Positions 60,781 to 64,000 of a stretch of DNA of 64,000 bases are shown in pieces; within the stretch, counting starts at the first letter, position 1; each line of letters begins with the position of its first letter. The notes beneath the pieces are model-generated. The model did no database searches and was not told the DNA's origin. It saw nothing but the letters and a program-made list of their open reading frames with translations. The translations under genes were made by a program, and so were the position numbers. Source of the DNA: Macrostomum lignano (taxonomy: Eukaryota); the NCBI GenBank assembly GCA_002269645.1, contig NIVC01000196.1, positions 55,391 to 119,390 of the forward strand, read 5' to 3'.

Positions 60781-61404
60781 GGGCAGGAGCAGTGCATGCA
60801 CGAGCTCAGACAGACACTTGATTCAAAGATATCGGCCTGCACCTGGCCAAATATCTGTCTGTTCAATTTCAATGCTACCTGCGAGACTCGGATTTTTACC
60901 GTTTCGATTCGCTGCTTCCCTTATTCGACCGACTGTGCCGTTCTGGCCTATCGAGCCTATCGTATCCTGGGTACGTAGTCTTGCAATGGAGGGAGTCAGA
61001 GAGGGCTCCGACAAGAAGAGTGGGCAGGGCAATTTTATCATTTTGTCAGTGAGGGATCGCAATAAAAAATAGGCTGTACAAAGCTACAGCTACAAAAATT
61101 CATTGTTGCTATCCCGGGCTGGGGGCGCGTGGCTAAGGAAATCTGTCTTTTATGTAGGAATTTGGCCAGGATGAGAAATGACTGGATCGCCAGTGCGGCA
61201 CCTGACAGTTTAGAAACAATATAGCAGTACTTTCCGCTGAGCTGCTTTCAGCTCAGTTCAAATTAATTGTGCCCGAATTGCAGCTTTTTAGAGCTAGACT
61301 GGTGGGCTGCGTGGGTGGATCCAGCTTCCAATTTTGGTCAAGTTCCGCTCGTACTTTAGTACTTTGGATATCTCTGGGCTGATTGAAAGTGCTTTCTTTG
61401 CCTC

Positions 61405-62098
61405 CTTCTTGGGCATAAGAAGTGCTCCTTTCTCCTGTATTCTCTCTTGTCTCTTGTCTCGTGTCTCTTGTCTCTTGTCTCTTGTCTCTTGTCTCTTGTC
61501 TCTTCTCTCTTCTCTCTTCTCTCTTCTCTATTCACTCTTCTCTCTTGTCTCTTGTCTCTTGTCTCTCTCTTCTCTCTTCTCTCTTCTTCTCTCTCTTCTC
61601 TTCTTCTCTCTTCTCTCTTCTCTCTTCTCTATTCACTCTTTCTCTTGTCTCTTTCTATTCACCTCTCTCTTTCTCTTCTCTCTTTCTCTTCTCTCTTTCT
61701 CTTCTCTCTTCTCTCTTCTCTATTCACTCTTCTCTCTTCTCTTTCACTCTTCTCTCTTCTCTCTTCTCTCTTCTCTCTTCTCTCTTATATCTTCTCTATT
61801 CACTTCTCTCTTTGTCTCTTGTCTCTTCTCTATTCACTCTTCTCTCTCTTCTCTTTCTTCTCTTCTTCTCTCTTCTCTCTCTCCTCACTCCTCTCTTCTC
61901 TCTTGTCTCTTCTCTATTCACTCTTCTCTCTTCTCTCTTGTCTCTTCTCTATTCACACTTCTCTCTTCTCTCTACTCTCCTAACCCCCTTGTCCTCACTC
62001 CTCCCCACTCCTTTTTCCCCACTCCCATCTCTCCTTTCTCTCCCTCCTCTTTTCTCCACTCTCATCTCTCTCCTCTCTTCTCTCTCCTCTCCTCTCTC
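61405..62098. repeat. CT-rich cryptic-simple tract (TCTCT, TCTTG motifs)
   Basis: Direct reading. Confidence 0.9.
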
Positions 62099-62839
62099 GG
62101 ATCAGATCGAGCATTAGGGGCTCCGCACAAAATCCTAAGTAGCGGATAAGCCTTGCCTGCAGCTACTAGGGACACCAAACTCACAGATATATACACACAC
62201 AACAAGACCCAAACGACCCAAAACGGTCCGGGGGGCTCTTACCGCATTTGACATCATTTTTTCCATTGCCAGCCGTGCCTGAAGCAGGATCATACACGGA
62301 AGTACGCTGCACTAGTTGATGGGCTGGTCTACGCGATCAACAATGGATTGCGCATGTGGATAGAGACTTTACAATGACGCCAATATCAGAGCTAAATAAT
62401 TCAGGATTCGGAGGAAGATTCAGGAAAAACGGGCCGCATTCATGTATGGGCGTGTCGCAGTGATTAATGACTTCTTAATCCGGTTTCCCGCTGCCTTCGG
62501 GGGCTGGGCGGAGGGCGTCTGTCGGCTTTGCTGATTCTGAAGCCGTCGGATTATGAATATTTTGCTGTGCTCCTCTTTCGCTCGAGGCTCGAAATGTTTA
62601 AAGAGAATTAGCGAGGCAGGGCTAAGCTCTTCATTCTCATCTGCTTCTCTGTTTCAAATTATCGCATGGCCTTCGGCATTATGTTGCAGCAATAAAGAAT
62701 TAAGCCCTGGGGTCCTTCTTGCCTGCCGTAGTTCGAGAATGCCGTATTTTCGCTGTTGTTGAAATACAGACTCGAGGATTTACATCTAATCTGCAGATTG
62801 CTCAGCACAAACTCAATTCCATTTTCACAGTTACAGCGC

Positions 62840-64000
62840 TGGAATGGAGATTCGGGAATGGGAGATTCGGGAATGGGAGATTCGGGAATGGGAGATTCGG
62901 GAATGGGAGATTCGGGAATGGGAGATTCGGGAATGGGAGATTCGGGAATGGAGATTCGGGAATGGGAGATTCGAGAGGGGGAGGTTCGGGAGTGGGAGAT
63001 TCGGGAATGGGAGATTCAGGAATGGGAGATTCAGGAATGGGAGATTCGGGAATGGATTCAGGAATGGGAGATTCGGGAATGGGAGATTCGAGAGGGGAGA
63101 TTCAAGAGGGGGAGGTTCGAGAGGGGAGATTAGAGAATGGGAGATTCAAGACTGGGATATTCGGAATGGGAGATTCGGAAATGGAAGGTTCGGAAATGGA
63201 AGGTTCGGAAAAGGAAGATTCAGGAATGGGAGATTCGGGAAGGGAAGATTCGGGAGTGGGAAATTCAGGAATGGGAGATTCGGGAATGGGATTCGGAGAG
63301 ACAGATTTGCGAATGGGAGATTCGGAAATGGAAGGTTCGGAATTGGAAAGTTTGGAAATGGAAGATTCAGGAATGGGAGATTCGGGAATGGGAGATTCGG
63401 GATGGGAGATTCATGAATGAGAGATTCGGGAGAGAGAGATTTGCGAATGGGAGATTCGGGAATGGGAGATTCGAGAGGGGAGGTTCGAGGGGGGAGATTC
63501 GAGAATGGGAATTCGAGAAAAGGGATGATTTTTAAAAAGATCTCTCGATTCAGGAATGGGAGATTCGGGATGGGAGATTCGGGAATGGGAGATTCAGGAA
63601 TGGGAGATTCGGGAATGGGAGATTCGGGAGATTCGGGAATGGAGATTCGGTGTATGGGAAATTCGGGAATGGGAAATTCAAAAATGGGAGATTCAGGAAT
63701 AAGAGATTCGAGAGGGGAGATTCGAGAGAGGGATAATCGAAAATGGGAGATTCAAGACTGGGATATTCGGGAACAGGAGATTCGAGAAGTGAGAGATTCG
63801 GGAATGGGAGATTCGAGAGTGGGAAATTCGGGAGTGGGGATTCGGGAATGGGAGATTCGGGAATAGGAGGTTCGAGAATGGGAGGTTCAGAAATGAGAGA
63901 TTCGAGAGGGAGATTCGAGAGGGGGAGATTTCGAAAATGGGAGATTCGGAAGGGAGATACGGAGTTGAGATATGGAATGGAAGATTTGGGAGATTCAGAA
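62840..64000. repeat. 15-bp minisatellite (gggagattcgggaat), homogeneous at the left and degenerating rightward; runs off the window
   Basis: Direct periodicity. Confidence 0.93.

Noticed and set aside
60820-60970. Possible isolated exon (IGLHLAKYL...SYPG|gtacgt)
   Set aside because: No recognisable domain, weak acceptor and no partner exons identified
35975-63866. Long Leu/Ser, Arg/Glu and GDSGM/WEIRE/GRFGN ORFs (35975-37014, 52775-53948, 60485-60872, 61334-62149, 62719-63866)
   Set aside because: Stop-free by composition (CT tracts, 15-bp repeat); no splice or domain support

Overview
Eukaryotic (metazoan) genomic DNA. GC-rich exons rich in poly-Q/A/G, introns packed with private minisatellites, and TTAGGG-like tracts suggest a flatworm such as Macrostomum; this is inference only. 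Six spliced protein-coding genes were reconstructed by hand with phase-consistent splice sites: (1) a DUF389-like protein (minus, runs off the left edge); (2) ARPC5 (minus, 2 exons); (3) MCMDC2 (minus, 5 exons); (4) a signal peptide-CUB-LDLa-TM receptor (plus, 4 exons); (5) PRPS1/2-type ribose-phosphate pyrophosphokinase (minus, 3 exons, 11.9-kb first intron, 10-nt frameshifting insertion in exon 2); (6) an NPY/NPF/PrRP-type rhodopsin GPCR (plus, 3 exons, one GC-AG intron). Mobile DNA: a complete 5.2-kb hAT transposon with 14-bp TIRs and 8-bp TSD, several hAT MITEs, a Merlin deletion derivative, foldback elements and Gypsy remnants. Best leads: a minisatellite made of the MCMDC2 intron/exon junction (six decoy AG|GT sites), the PRPS frameshift, a hAT MITE family whose CT-rich core expands to over 1 kb, and a hAT subterminal motif amplified into a minisatellite. 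No CRISPR, rRNA or tRNA is supported.
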